DNA of 64,000 nt from NCBI GenBank assembly GCA_022844275.1, contig JALHMB010000012.1:13691-77690 (forward strand), in the 5' to 3' direction. Shown piece after piece: positions 1-9,789 of this stretch. Under the pieces are notes generated by a model. The model had not been told where the DNA came from and searched no databases. It saw only the letters and a program-made list of their open reading frames with translations. The DNA comes from Hyphomicrobiaceae bacterium. GTDB taxonomy: Bacteria > Pseudomonadota > Alphaproteobacteria > Rhizobiales > Hyphomicrobiaceae. The position numbers and the translations under genes were made by a program. Positions within the stretch are counted from its first letter, which is position 1, and each line of letters begins with the position of its first letter.

Positions 1-1848
1 GCCCACCACGGCAAGCGGCAAGGGGAGCTGTAAAAACAAAGCGCCAGAGACCAGCACCACCATCGCGCCCATCGCAAACGTGAGGTTCTGGCGGATGATA
101 CGCGCCGTCCGCCGCGCAAGTTTGTGAGCGGCCGCACGACGCGCCATGTCCTCGGACAGGAGCGCCACGTCAGCCGCCTGCAACGCGACCTCGCTTCCCG
201 CTGCCCCCATGGCAATGCCGACATCGGCCCGCGCGAGCGCAGCCGCATCGTTCACGCCATCGCCGACAAATGCCACAGCCCCGGTCTGCGAGAGCTTGCT
301 CACCAGGCGCACCTTATCTTCCGGGAGCAAATCCGCGTGGATGTCCGAAGGGCTGAGGCCGAGCTGCGCGCCAATGCGCTCGGCGACGGGACGTCGGTCG
401 CCCGTCATGAGTGCGATGTGGGGAACGCCCCCCGCGCGAAGCGCCTCGAGCGCCGCGCGCGAGGTCGGGCGCAATCCGTCCGCCACCGCGACTGCGCCCA
501 GGATCTGCGAGCCGCGACCTAACCAAAAGACGGTCTGGGCATTCCCGACAAGCCCCTCAAAGTCGGCCGTCAGATCGGCGCCCATGCGTGCCGCCATGCG
601 CGGGTTGCCGGCCCACAGGGGGCCATCACCATCCCGGCCGGTGATGCCCTCACTCGGATGGGCGACGACATCAAAGACCGGCAAGGGAGCGAGGTCCTGT
701 TTCGCCGCCCGCCGGCGGACAGCGGCGGCAATGCTGTGCTCGGAATGCGCCTCAAGCTCAGCAAAAAGGGCGAGAAAGTCCTCATCGGACATGCCTGGCG
801 CGACGAGCGTCACCACTTCCGCCTGCCCTGTGGTCAAAGTTCCCGTCTTATCGAAAGCGAATTGCGTGACCGCGCCAAAGGTCTCGAGCGCTGCGCCGCC
901 TTTAAACAGCACTCCCCCTCGTGCCGCAGCCGACAGCGCGGAAAGTGGCCGGAACGCTGATGACGATGGCGCAAGGGCCCGCCGCGACCAGAACCACCGC
1001 CGCTCGGTAGAGCGCATCCTCCCACTCGCGGCCTAGCCACAACAAGATGCCAAGGATCACCGCCGAACCGACCAGCACCGCCACCGTATAGCGTTGGCCG
1101 AACCAAGCGCTGAAGCGTTCCGACGGCGCGCGTGCGGCTTGAGCTTCTGTGACCAATCGGATCATCCTCGCGACCGTGCTGTCGCTCGCCGCCGCGGCGA
1201 CCCGCATTTCCAGGACAGCACTGTGGTTGACCGTGGCTTCGAAGACTTTGGCGCCCGAGGACTTGCGCACCGGCATCGATTCGCCAGTCACCGTCGATTC
1301 ATCCAAATGCCCGTCGCCATTGAGAATGATTCCGTCGACCGGAATCTTGGCTCCCGGCCGAACCACCAGCACATCGCCGACCCTAAGCTCGGAAATTGCC
1401 ACTTCCTCGATCTCGCCCGTAGCGCTCTTCCTAAGTGCCGTCTCGGGACGCAGAGCCATGAGGGCCTCGACCTCACGACGAGCGCGGCCCATGGCCAACG
1501 TCTCGAGTGTGGTGGAAAGGCTGAACAGGAAAAGCAGCACGGCGCCTTCGGCCGGAGCCCCGACCGCCGCCGCGGCAAGTGCGGCAATCACCATCAGAAG
1601 ATCGATGTCGAGCGTGCGCTCCCGCCCAAGCTCGGCGAGCGCACGCCACGCCGCCGGAAGTCCACCAGCAAGATAGAGAGCGCAAAGCCAGGTGCGGCAA
1701 GCCACGCGACCCCACCATAAGGGGCACCAAAGCCGATCCCAATGCCGATAAGCGCCACGGCGCTAAGAAAGATGTTCAAGTACTCGCCAGCGCGCGCGCC
1801 CATCCATTGATCCTTGGTTGTTCGGAAAACATCATGGTCTCGATGCAT
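1..1848 (-). pseudogene. P1B-4-like heavy-metal P-type ATPase, paralog copy 1, frameshifted; 3' end runs off the window start
   Basis: The minus-strand translation aligns along its length with the intact paralog at 24082..26049 (LAGGLPAAWRAL, DIDLLMVIAALAAAAVGAPAEGAVLLFLFS, FDKTGTLTTG, GDGVNDAAALARADVGIAMG). It needs three reading frames: one shift in a (CT)3 run near 1675-1680 and a roughly 5-nt deletion near 945-955. The TM motif reads GPC instead of SPC. Confidence 0.8.
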
Positions 1849-2442
1849 CGGCTTGTCATATGCCGCACAACAAATCGCATCATCTTCTTCCGTCGATTGT
1901 TGCGCGAAGACGTCCTATCGCGCCCGACAAGAGCCGTCGTCGAACCATAAACAAGGAGTGGTCGTTCCCGGTCTCTACACTGTTCGTGTCGTTTCCACGC
2001 GCTGTTCGCGTGACAACACTCACCCCAACTCTTTTTCGCGTTCTGAGGCGGCCGGCACCGCAATCGTAGGTCATTGCCGCCGAGGTCACAGGCTCAGTAG
2101 CGAACGACGACACGACCCTCGCCCAGGACGCAGGTCGAACCGATGTCTCCGCACCCACGGGCGCTTCGGCACATCTCAAATGTGGACAATGGGTTTTTGC
2201 AAGAGGTCCATTCGGTCTCGACCAGCCGCGCGACCGGCGCCACTCAAACCGAACTCGCCATGTCGCTGTCGGGACCGAGCGCAAGCCTTGCCATTGCGCT
2301 CCCGATCGACGGGGCGAACCGCGGCGTCCCTGAACTGAAACGCTGCAAATCTGGACGATCACCCATGAAGCACCCGTGCGATGTCCACTGCACCCACGGG
2401 TTCAGTTCCGCCGCGATGGCCAGCAATCATACCGCGTCTGCG

Positions 2443-2532
2443 CTATTGCAAGACGTAGATGAGTCCTGCCGCACCCAGGATTGCCGCATGGGACACCACA
2501 AACAAGGTGATGGGTAGGAGATATTCACGCAC
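2443..2532 (-). CDS. 29-aa hydrophobic peptide ORF (GTG start): VREYLLPITLFVVSHAAILGAAGLIYVLQ
   Basis: My own translation; below the ORF-track cutoff. It aligns without gaps to the 30-aa ORF at 5289..5381 (shared M/V-R, P7, L10, V12, H15, I18, G20, A22, Y26). Both have the sequence GTGAGTA(G/A), containing an in-frame stop, just upstream of the start. The RBS is weak. Confidence 0.3.
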   Translation of the reverse strand: MREYLLPITLFVVSHAAILGAAGLIYVLQ

Positions 2533-2639
2533 GATACGCTACTCACTTGCCCCCACTTCGCGGTGCTATCGCCTCGAAGCTGAGGTTTAACAATTCGCCG
2601 ACTGGTTGGCCGCATTGGCGGAGTCGACGTACGAGACCT

Positions 2640-2963
2640 TTATTTCGAAAAGGTCGACAGCTTTCCGAAGTGCTCGGCAAGAAGGTAATAGACCGTCACC
2701 CTGTTCTTGGTCCGGTCGCCTTTAAGCTTCTCCCCGACCGCCTTGATCGCCGTGTCAAGATCGGCATCGGAGGCGGTAAGACCCAGCTTCTTCTTGAGGA
2801 AGTTGTCCCGAACCCTGGTCACCTCCTCCTTGTCGCTAAACGATACCAGCGACGAATCTTTTCCTCGCAGCGCGATGCCACAATAGCGAACGATTCCGGC
2901 AATTGCCGTATCATCGGCACCCGGGACGTACTTCTTCACATCAACAGCCCAATCCTCGGCCAT
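2640..2963 (-). CDS. DUF2853 family protein
   Basis: 107-aa ORF. The N-terminus DWAVDVKKYVPGADDTAIAGIVRYCGIALRGKDSSLV matches my memory of the DUF2853 family. Confidence 0.75.
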   Translation of the reverse strand: MAEDWAVDVKKYVPGADDTAIAGIVRYCGIALRGKDSSLVSFSDKEEVTRVRDNFLKKKLGLTASDADLDTAIKAVGEKLKGDRTKNRVTVYYLLAEHFGKLSTFSK

Positions 2964-3235
2964 GCACTCCTCCTCATCGTCCAGCTGATCAGATTTGCCT
3001 CAGCCTCAATACTACCCCGCCCCACCCAGGCTGACATGGATTGCAGGCGGCTTGGTAAAGGTAAAATCAGCAAACCTAGCCTCTGGCGTTGATCCTGACT
3101 CAAATTGACGGGTTGGTTTGACGCAGCGCGCGCCGGCATAGGCAAGAGCTCCGGTTTACGGGCGTCAGACGTGCAACTAACCTTGGTTCACGATGGCGGA
3201 CCGATAGGCGGCTGCCCGATGCACGGAGTGCGCTC

Positions 3236-3655
3236 ATGTTTCAAGAATTCAAGAAATTCATTATGCGCGGCAACGTCGTCGATCTCGCGGTCGGCGTCAT
3301 CATAGGCGTCGCCTTCGGCGCAATCGTGGCATCGCTGGTAGGTGATATCATCATGCCGATCGTGGGCGCTGCGACCGGCGGCCTAGATTTCTCCAACTAT
3401 TATCTTTCGCTCTCGAGCAGCGTTCAACCGGGCGCGCCCTATGTCGAAGCCAAGAAGCAGGGTGCGGTCTTGGGGTATGGCCAGTTCCTGACGGTAGCCA
3501 TGAACTTCCTCATCGTGGCGGCCGTTCTGTTCCTGGTCATCAAGGGGATGAACAACCTGAAACGCAAAGAGGAAGCACCATCGGCACCTGCAGAGCCGCT
3601 GGCCGACGTGAAACTCCTGACCGAAATTCGCGACCTGCTCGCGACAAAAAGTTAG
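3236..3655 (+). CDS. mscL: Large-conductance mechanosensitive channel MscL
   Basis: 139 aa. It has the canonical N-terminus [27 protein letters not shown] and two TM segments. Confidence 0.95.
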   Translation: MFQEFKKFIMRGNVVDLAVGVIIGVAFGAIVASLVGDIIMPIVGAATGGLDFSNYYLSLSSSVQPGAPYVEAKKQGAVLGYGQFLTVAMNFLIVAAVLFLVIKGMNNLKRKEEAPSAPAEPLADVKLLTEIRDLLATKS

Positions 3656-3667
3656 GCGCCTACGGGA

Positions 3668-3709
3668 GCCGCAGCCGGGCTTTCAAGCCGACGGCTGCGG
3701 CGTCCTTTT
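3668..3709 (+). terminator. Rho-independent terminator of mscL
   Basis: GCCGCAGCC (3668-3676) pairs with GGCTGCGGC (3693-3701). An inner GGCTT/AAGCC stem lies in the loop. The hairpin is followed by TCCTTTT. Confidence 0.6.
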
Positions 3710-3761
3710 GACGCTCACGGCTTAAGCTCGTACACCCGCTGGGTGGCTGCGGCGGATTGCG

Positions 3762-4961
3762 CTAGGTCACAACCGCCGCCGCTATCATCCCAACCGAAGG
3801 CGCAGCGCCGGCCAGCGGCACCCAACCCGGCACCGTGAAGACGCCGTTGCCGGCCGGCACCTGCTTTTGAATTCGCCAAAGTGCAATGTCGACGGCCGCG
3901 AAAATACCGAGCGTCAATCCATTCGCCAGAGCCAAAAGTTGTTCGAAGGGCATGAGCAATGCCGTAACCAGCACGATGCCGCCCGCTAGGACTGTGGCTC
4001 CGATCGGCGTTTGGGTCCGTGGGTTGACGTGGCCAAGTGCGGCCGGTAGCTGCCGACGCCGGGCCATGCCATAGAACAATCGTGCCAGCATCATGATCTC
4101 GACCAGGACGCCGTTGGCGACGGCCAACGCGCCCACCGCGGCAAACAGTTTAGCGTACGAACCCTGAAATAAGTCGAGCAGCGGGCTTGCGCCACCGCGG
4201 CCTGAAAATACGAGCGATGTCGCCACGACGACATACAGAAGTGTGCTCACAAGGATAGCGCCGATGATGGCATAGGGCATTGTGCGCCGCGGATCCTTGG
4301 TCTCCTCAGACATGTTGACCAGGCTTTCAAAGCCTATGAAGGCGAAGAATGCGATGAAGGCACCTGCAACAACGCCCTGCCAAGCATCAACGCTCGTGGG
4401 CAAGATGCTGCCGACATCGTAGCCCGGCGCGAGTAGAAATCCCGCCCAAGCGGCAATGACGAGGCCGAGGATCTCGATGGTTCCGATCACAGCGGCGAAG
4501 AGCACACTTTCACGCACTCCAAGGATCGCCAACACGGTGAATGTTAAAACCAACACCGCGACAAGGGTTGCCGGCGGCAAACGGATGAAAACTGACAGAT
4601 AGTGGACTGCTCCGCTGGCAATTGAGGCTGCGGCAACCGCAACCGCGAGCGTTAGAGCCACTCCGGTAATCTGCGCAACACGGTCGGAGCCAAAACCCTC
4701 CTTGACGAACGCAGCCGCGCCGGCAGCGTCCGGAAACCGACTGGACAGTTCCGCGTAGCAAAGGCCGGTAAGGCCCGCCGTGATGCCTGCGAGCAGGAAA
4801 GACAAAGGTGCGTAGGGGCCGACACGCCCAATAACCGATGCGATCGCAACGAAGATGCCCGCGCCGACGATAACCGCAAGCCCGTACAACAGGAGCGGTC
4901 AGAAGGTGAGCGAGCGTCTCAAAGCGACCCGAGGAGTGGTTTGATCAGTTCCGAACGTCAT
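3762..4961 (-). pseudogene. APC-family amino acid permease, paralog copy 1, with an in-frame TGA at 4899..4901
   Basis: An ATG at 4961 opens MTFGTDQTTPRVALRRSLTF-TGA-PLLLYGLAVIVGAGIF. The intact paralog at 28135..29334 reads SLTLGPLMLYGLAVIVGAGIF, so a Gly codon (GGA) has become TGA. A TTG restart at 4889 would give the 375-aa ORF in the track. Confidence 0.55.
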
Positions 4962-5209
4962 TCCACTCCCGACCTTACAGATATTCAATGAGAGACTGCG
5001 CGCCACCGCGACGTACGCCGACCCGAGCGCATCGTACCAGGGAAATTATCAGTACTGCGAGGCTGCGTACCCATCTTGCTCGCCGGCTCGGCGCAATCTG
5101 CCGTCAGCGCACATCGAATGACAACGCAAGCATGTTCTGCCTATCAACTCGCGCGTTGACAGGAGCCGGGCCTCTCGAGGGCCAGCGGCTGCTTCGCCTT
5201 TCGAGAGCC

Positions 5210-5252
5210 AAAAAAAGACGCCGACAGGGCGCGGGGGCCTCCTGCCGGCGTC
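5210..5252 (-). terminator. Rho-independent terminator (minus strand) downstream of the 30-aa ORF
   Basis: On the minus strand GACGCCGGCAGG pairs with CCUGUCGGCGUC (12 bp including one G-U). The loop is 12 nt and is followed by TTTTTTT (plus-strand A-run 5210-5216). Confidence 0.6.
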
Positions 5253-5288
5253 GATGCTCACTGCCGCAGGGCAGCAAGCAGCTTTCCG

Positions 5289-5381
5289 CTACTGTCCGAT
5301 GGCATACATTTGAAGGGCCATTCCGATGATTTTGACGTGCGCTCCGACAAGCAGAACAAACGGAACGACGAACGCCCGCAT
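5289..5381 (-). CDS. 30-aa hydrophobic peptide ORF: MRAFVVPFVLLVGAHVKIIGMALQMYAIGQ
   Basis: My own translation. It has an ATG start with AAGGA 8 nt upstream and a TAA stop 12 nt upstream in frame. A canonical terminator lies about 37 nt downstream. It is a paralog of the ORF at 2443..2532. Confidence 0.35.
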   Translation of the reverse strand: MRAFVVPFVLLVGAHVKIIGMALQMYAIGQ

Positions 5382-5753
5382 CGGAATGATCCTTACTCAC
5401 AACTCACTGGCTGCCTCAGCACCATGCGCGTGCAGTTCGGTGCGCAAAGTGCAGGCTCGCACCCGGAACGCGGTTTAAGGGTAATTGTTCCGAGATGGGG
5501 AAAGCGTACCGTCGGGTAATGAAGACGTGCTTAACGGCCGCGCTGAAACCGTTCGCCACGGTCAGCATTGGTGGCGCGGCACGCCGTCTTCACCTCTGCC
5601 AATGCGGGCATCGCCCCGACCGGTACGGCAGATCCTTGCGCTAGGAAACGATGCTCTTCGGCCGCGCTGACTAAATTTACCTGCCCGCGCCGGATAGCAG
5701 TGGGCAGCGAGAAAAAGTCGTAGCCGTTGACCTGAGACCCTTCCTTCCTCCAT

Positions 5754-6629
5754 TCAGAGGGAGAGCCCTGGGTTAGGGTTTTGCCCATTGCCGGTCGTCG
5801 CGGCAAGGGCCAGGTGGTGGTTGCAGAACTCCCCCGGTGTCCGGTTGGCGAGCGCCGAATGCGGGCGCACGCGATTGTAATCGTCACGCCACGCGGCGAG
5901 CACCGCGCGGGCCTCGGTGAGGGACGAGAACGCCGTCTCGTTCAGGCACTCGTCTCGGAGCCGACCGTTGAAGCTCTCGACGAACGCATTCTGTTGCGGC
6001 TTGCCGGGCTGGATGTAGTGCCAGTCGATGCCCGTTCCTTTGCTCCAGGTCAGGATCGCCATGCTGGTGAGCTCCGTGCCATTGTCGGAAACGCACGTCG
6101 TCGGCTTGCCCCGGACCGCGATGATGGCGTCGAGCTCGCGCGCGACACGGGCGCCCGAGAGCGAGGTATCCGCCACCAGGGCGAGGCATTCGCGTGTGCA
6201 GTCGTCGACGATCGCCAGTGCCCGGAACCGGCGGCCATCCGTCAATGTGTCGGAGACGAAATCCAGCGACCAGCGCTCGTTCGGCCGCGAGGGAAGTGCC
6301 AGCGGCGCCCCCAGTCCGAGAGCGCGCTTGCGGCCGGCACGCTTCCTTACCTGCAAGCCTTCCTCGCGGTAGAGCCGCCGGAACCGCTTCTGGTTCATTG
6401 CCAAGCCTTCTCTCTTCAGCAGGAAATGCAGACGCCGATACCCGAACCGGCGACGTACCTGCGCCAGCTCCCGGATGCGCAACCGAACAGCACCGTCGTC
6501 CGGCCGCCGGCTGCGGTAGCGCACCGTTGAGCGATCAACACCGAGGGTCTGGCACGCCCGCCGCTCGCTCACCTCGTGCGTCGTGCACGCGTGAGCCACG
6601 GCCTGCCGTTTAGCGACGGGCGTCACCAC
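5754..6629 (-). CDS. IS3-family transposase OrfB (DDE integrase core)
   Basis: 291 aa. It carries [32 protein letters not shown], and an RPHSAL tail typical of the rve domain. Confidence 0.9.
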   Translation of the reverse strand: MVTPVAKRQAVAHACTTHEVSERRACQTLGVDRSTVRYRSRRPDDGAVRLRIRELAQVRRRFGYRRLHFLLKREGLAMNQKRFRRLYREEGLQVRKRAGRKRALGLGAPLALPSRPNERWSLDFVSDTLTDGRRFRALAIVDDCTRECLALVADTSLSGARVARELDAIIAVRGKPTTCVSDNGTELTSMAILTWSKGTGIDWHYIQPGKPQQNAFVESFNGRLRDECLNETAFSSLTEARAVLAAWRDDYNRVRPHSALANRTPGEFCNHHLALAATTGNGQNPNPGLSL

Positions 6630-6890
6630 TTTCGGCTGTTGATGTCCTTCAGGATCGCATTGTCGAGCATCGTCTCGGCGAGCAACTTCTTCAGCTTCGC
6701 GTTCTCGTCCTCAAGCGCCTTCAGGCGCTTGGCGTCGGACACGGTCCATGCCGCCGAACTTCGACTTCCACTTGTAGAACGTCGCTTCGCTGATCCCGTG
6801 CTTGCGGCAGACCTCTGCCGTCGGCCGGCCGGCTTCGTGCTCGCGCAGTATCCCGATGATCTGCTCTTCCGAAAACCTGCTCTTACGCAT
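6623..6890 (-). pseudogene. IS3-family transposase OrfA, frameshifted
   Basis: From the ATG at 6890: MRKSRFSEEQIIGILREHEAGRPTAEVCRKHGISEATFYKWKSKFGGMD, then a premature stop. The expected continuation [23 protein letters not shown] lies in another frame. One extra C near 6743 (GGCATGGACCGTGTCC) explains the shift. Confidence 0.75.
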
Positions 6891-7379
6891 CGTCCGTCTC
6901 CTCTCTGGAGGTCACGGACTCTACCCAAATCTGGAGGAGATCGAGGGGCTCAGGTCACCGTCGTTGTCGACAATGAGCTCGCCATCGATGCAAAGCTGCG
7001 CGCTGCTTCACTAGGATGGGCACGGCGGCGGGGATGAACGGGATACGCTTCACACAGGCGATATGGTGCCCGCTTGCGCACTCACAAACCTATGAGAGGG
7101 TTGCAAATAAGAAAGCCCGGAACCGCCCGCTGCCCGGTTCCGGACCCCCGCCTGCCGCACCTCGAAGCCATCATAGCTTCAGATACGGCGGGTAGCCGTC
7201 GCCCTTTTTTGGCTAAACGCATCGACTCAGAAACTTTGCAAATCCGACACCGCCAATCAACCAACAATCGAGCTTCCTCGTTCGTTCGAGATCTCCCGCG
7301 CCTGGATTGTGAACTCTCGGACGCAACCCCTCGCTCTCACACGAGTTAGGTCGATAGGTGTTCACTCTGAGGGGAAATC

Positions 7380-8072
7380 ATGCTCCGTACGTTGTTTTGC
7401 GTTCTAGCAGTCACAGGCTTCGCTCACTCCGCATCGGCTCAGGACCGCATGGACTGGATGCCGTGGAACAAACCGGGCCACACGGTGCCAACTTACGAGA
7501 GGTCTGCCCCTTCCCGTCCTGAACCTATCGAACGTCCGCTCCCAATGAAGCTGAATGCGCCACCGGCCATTCTTGAAGGAGGCCCTCGCCCCTCGGTTTC
7601 GCCTCTCCCACCGGAGCGCACCGCCTTTAGTAACTCATACGCCGCCGGCACGATTGTGATCGATACATCGCAACGACGCCTCTACCTGGTGCAAACGCCC
7701 GAAGAAGCGCTGGTCTATCCGATCTCGGTCGGCCGTGAGGGCTTTACATGGACAGGCACGGAAACAATCAGCCGCGTAGCAAGCTGGCCGGACTGGCATC
7801 CGCCGGCGGAAATGCGCGAGCGTGATCCGCGCCTTCCAGAGAAAATGACTGGCGGCATCCGGAATCCCCTGGGCGCTAAAGCTCTGTATCTTGGAAATAC
7901 GCTTTACCGCATTCACGGAACGGACAACGAGCGCACCATCGGGCGCGCCTCATCTTCCGGGTGTTTCCGCATGACAAATGGCCACGTCGTCGATTTGTCC
8001 TCGCGCGTAAGCATTGGCGCCACGGTGATTGTTCTCGACAAGCTGCCGCAAAGCATCGCGGGTCTTCGTTGA
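7380..8072 (+). CDS. L,D-transpeptidase (YkuD domain), secreted
   Basis: It has a signal peptide MLRTLFCVLAVTGFAHSASA and the catalytic motif YRIHGTDNERTIGRASSSGCFRM. Confidence 0.9.
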   Translation: MLRTLFCVLAVTGFAHSASAQDRMDWMPWNKPGHTVPTYERSAPSRPEPIERPLPMKLNAPPAILEGGPRPSVSPLPPERTAFSNSYAAGTIVIDTSQRRLYLVQTPEEALVYPISVGREGFTWTGTETISRVASWPDWHPPAEMRERDPRLPEKMTGGIRNPLGAKALYLGNTLYRIHGTDNERTIGRASSSGCFRMTNGHVVDLSSRVSIGATVIVLDKLPQSIAGLR

Positions 8073-8287
8073 TACGATGCTGTAACACGCGATTCCACTA
8101 CTGCTCGCACTCTTTCATCGCTAATCTCGATCAAATGCTGCGTTGTATTTTTGGCCGCTGAACCCCTCTAGAAGTGGTCAAACGCCCGGCGGGCGTCCCC
8201 CCCGGCTCGCCGGGCACCTACTTTGCAGTGGTGAATGCTTGATGGACCGCGGTCTCTAGCGTCCGCACATTATTCAGGGATCAGCGT

Positions 8288-8836
8288 ATGAGCGTCGACA
8301 TTGCACTCATCATCGGCAGCCTTCGCCGAGACTCGTTCAATCGCAAGCTCGCTCATGGATTGACGAAGCTCGCTCCCTCGGATTTTGCCTTCAAGGAGCT
8401 GCAAATCGACGACCTGCCCCTTTACAATCAGGATGATGACGACAACCCAACGCCTGAGGTAAAGCGGCTGAAATCTGAGATTGCTGCCGCGAAGGGCCTT
8501 CTCTTTGTGACGCCCGAGTACAACCGATCGGTGCCGGGCGTTCTGAAGAACGCGCTCGATCATGCCTCCCGCCCCTACGGGAAAAGTGCCTGGGCTGGCA
8601 AGCCTGCCGGGGTTATTGGTGTGTCTCCCGGCGCCATCGGTACTGCGCTCGCACAACAGCATCTGCGCAATATACTAGCTTATCTCGACATGCCGACCCT
8701 CGGGCAGCCAGAAGCATTCATCCAGGCGAACGACGACTTGTTCGCACCGGATGGGGCCATCGGTGCGGGCAGCCGAAAATTTCTTCAGGAGTGGATGGAT
8801 CGTTATGCCGGCTGGATAAGGCATCATGCTGGGTAA
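8288..8836 (+). CDS. NADPH-dependent FMN reductase (ChrR/YieF-like)
   Basis: 182 aa. It carries IIGSLRRDSFNRKLA and FVTPEYNRSVPGVLKNALDHASRP. Confidence 0.85.
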   Translation: MSVDIALIIGSLRRDSFNRKLAHGLTKLAPSDFAFKELQIDDLPLYNQDDDDNPTPEVKRLKSEIAAAKGLLFVTPEYNRSVPGVLKNALDHASRPYGKSAWAGKPAGVIGVSPGAIGTALAQQHLRNILAYLDMPTLGQPEAFIQANDDLFAPDGAIGAGSRKFLQEWMDRYAGWIRHHAG

Positions 8837-8847
8837 AGCTCGCGGAC

Positions 8848-9150
8848 CTACTGCGACGTGCCAAGCGGATTGGATCGCTCACGTCCTACGAAGAAGCCTC
8901 TAGCCTTTATACCGTGCAAGACAGGTTCGGGGTTGGCCTGAACTGGCATAGGCTCGCGAACGCCAAGCGCGAACTCCCGATCAAGCTGCCACGCTTCGGC
9001 TCCCGAAGGTAGATCGTCACCCCTTCTTTTAAGCGTAACGGCCCACACTCCGGGATTGGCACGGGAGCGAAATAGAAAAGCGCGGGTAGCGCTGTGCCCG
9101 CCGGTCGAGAATATTGGCCTGAATTTCATGACGTCGATCACGCACTCCAA
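8848..9150 (-). CDS. Conserved hypothetical protein (the start may be the ATG at 9129)
   Basis: The only long ORF here. The pattern FLFRSRANPGVWAVT..RGDDLP...W......IKARGFF resembles a small rhizobial hypothetical family I recall. No domain name can be assigned. Confidence 0.4.
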   Translation of the reverse strand: MECVIDVMKFRPIFSTGGHSATRAFLFRSRANPGVWAVTLKRRGDDLPSGAEAWQLDREFALGVREPMPVQANPEPVLHGIKARGFFVGRERSNPLGTSQ

Positions 9151-9206
9151 GATTACTTAATGCGAGTGCCATTGCGCCAATCGGATGACAACTGAAAGAC
9201 CGGTCC

Positions 9207-9380
9207 ATGAACAATTATAAAAGCCGTAAGCCAAACGAAAATCCAGTTCGCACGCATTCACCTACATCCTCAAGCGGAGCCAGCCACAAGCGCGGTCAAA
9301 CCCTATTGCCGATGTTAATTGGGGGACTGCTGCTTATTGTTGTCGGCATGCTCGCGGTTGTGTTCTTAGTCCCGACTTAG
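9207..9380 (+). CDS. 57-aa protein with a C-terminal TM helix (hypothetical)
   Basis: My own translation: MNNYKSRKPNENPVRTHSPTSSSGASHKRGQTLLPMLIGGLLLIVVGMLAVVFLVPT. It is below the ORF-track cutoff and I recognise no homolog. Confidence 0.25.
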   Translation: MNNYKSRKPNENPVRTHSPTSSSGASHKRGQTLLPMLIGGLLLIVVGMLAVVFLVPT

Positions 9381-9412
9381 GCTAATGATCGTCGTTTGTG
9401 CTGCATTTAACA

Positions 9413-9748
9413 CTAGGGGGCGTCGTCCAGCCGAGACATTCCGCCCTCCGTCTCAAGTCGAACGATCTGCTTCACGTCTTGACGCGTGAACTTGAGGCGT
9501 ACGCCCGCGCCCAAGCCATCCGCCTCGTCAACGATGACAATGCCAAATGCATCAAACGCCCGGACGATAGCCTCGGCGTCATCCTCTGAATCGACCCACG
9601 CGCTGCCGCCGGCCTCGAGAAGCGTCAAGACCTCGACCGAAAGGCCCGCAGCCTTTGCGAAATCCTCACGCCCCACTTCCACCAACGCTCGCCCCGCAGC
9701 GATCAAACGACCCGTCACTTCATACTTTGGCGTCATAAGCGACTCCAC
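9413..9748 (-). CDS. HTH (XRE-like) transcriptional regulator, small
   Basis: TGRLIAAGRALVEVGREDFAKAAGLSVEVLTLLEAG parallels the paralog at 12853..13155. The tail is GAGVRLKF versus GRGVRLKD. It lies directly downstream of the PAS-HWE kinase on the same strand. Confidence 0.6.
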   Translation of the reverse strand: MESLMTPKYEVTGRLIAAGRALVEVGREDFAKAAGLSVEVLTLLEAGGSAWVDSEDDAEAIVRAFDAFGIVIVDEADGLGAGVRLKFTRQDVKQIVRLETEGGMSRLDDAP

Positions 9749-9789
9749 TATCGACGCCCGTCACGTTCAACGTTGCGCCGCCGGGTTTC

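Larger units (their letters stand above)
5728..6957 (-). mobile_element. IS3-family (IS407-group-like) insertion sequence, 1230 bp
   Basis: The terminal inverted repeats are TGACCTGAGACCCTTCCTTCCTCCA (5728->) and TGACCTGAGCCCCTCGATCTCCTCCA (reverse complement of the end at 6957). A 4-bp direct repeat CCGT flanks both ends (5724-5727 and 6958-6961). It has an orfA/orfB architecture. Confidence 0.9.

Noticed and set aside
7100-7215. Two hairpins in the 400-bp gap after the IS (CCGGAACCG...CGGTTCCGG, and ACGGC..GCCGT followed by TTTTTT), considered as a possible small RNA.
   Set aside because: No promoter, conservation or covariation evidence is available from a single sequence. They could equally be remnants of the disrupted locus.
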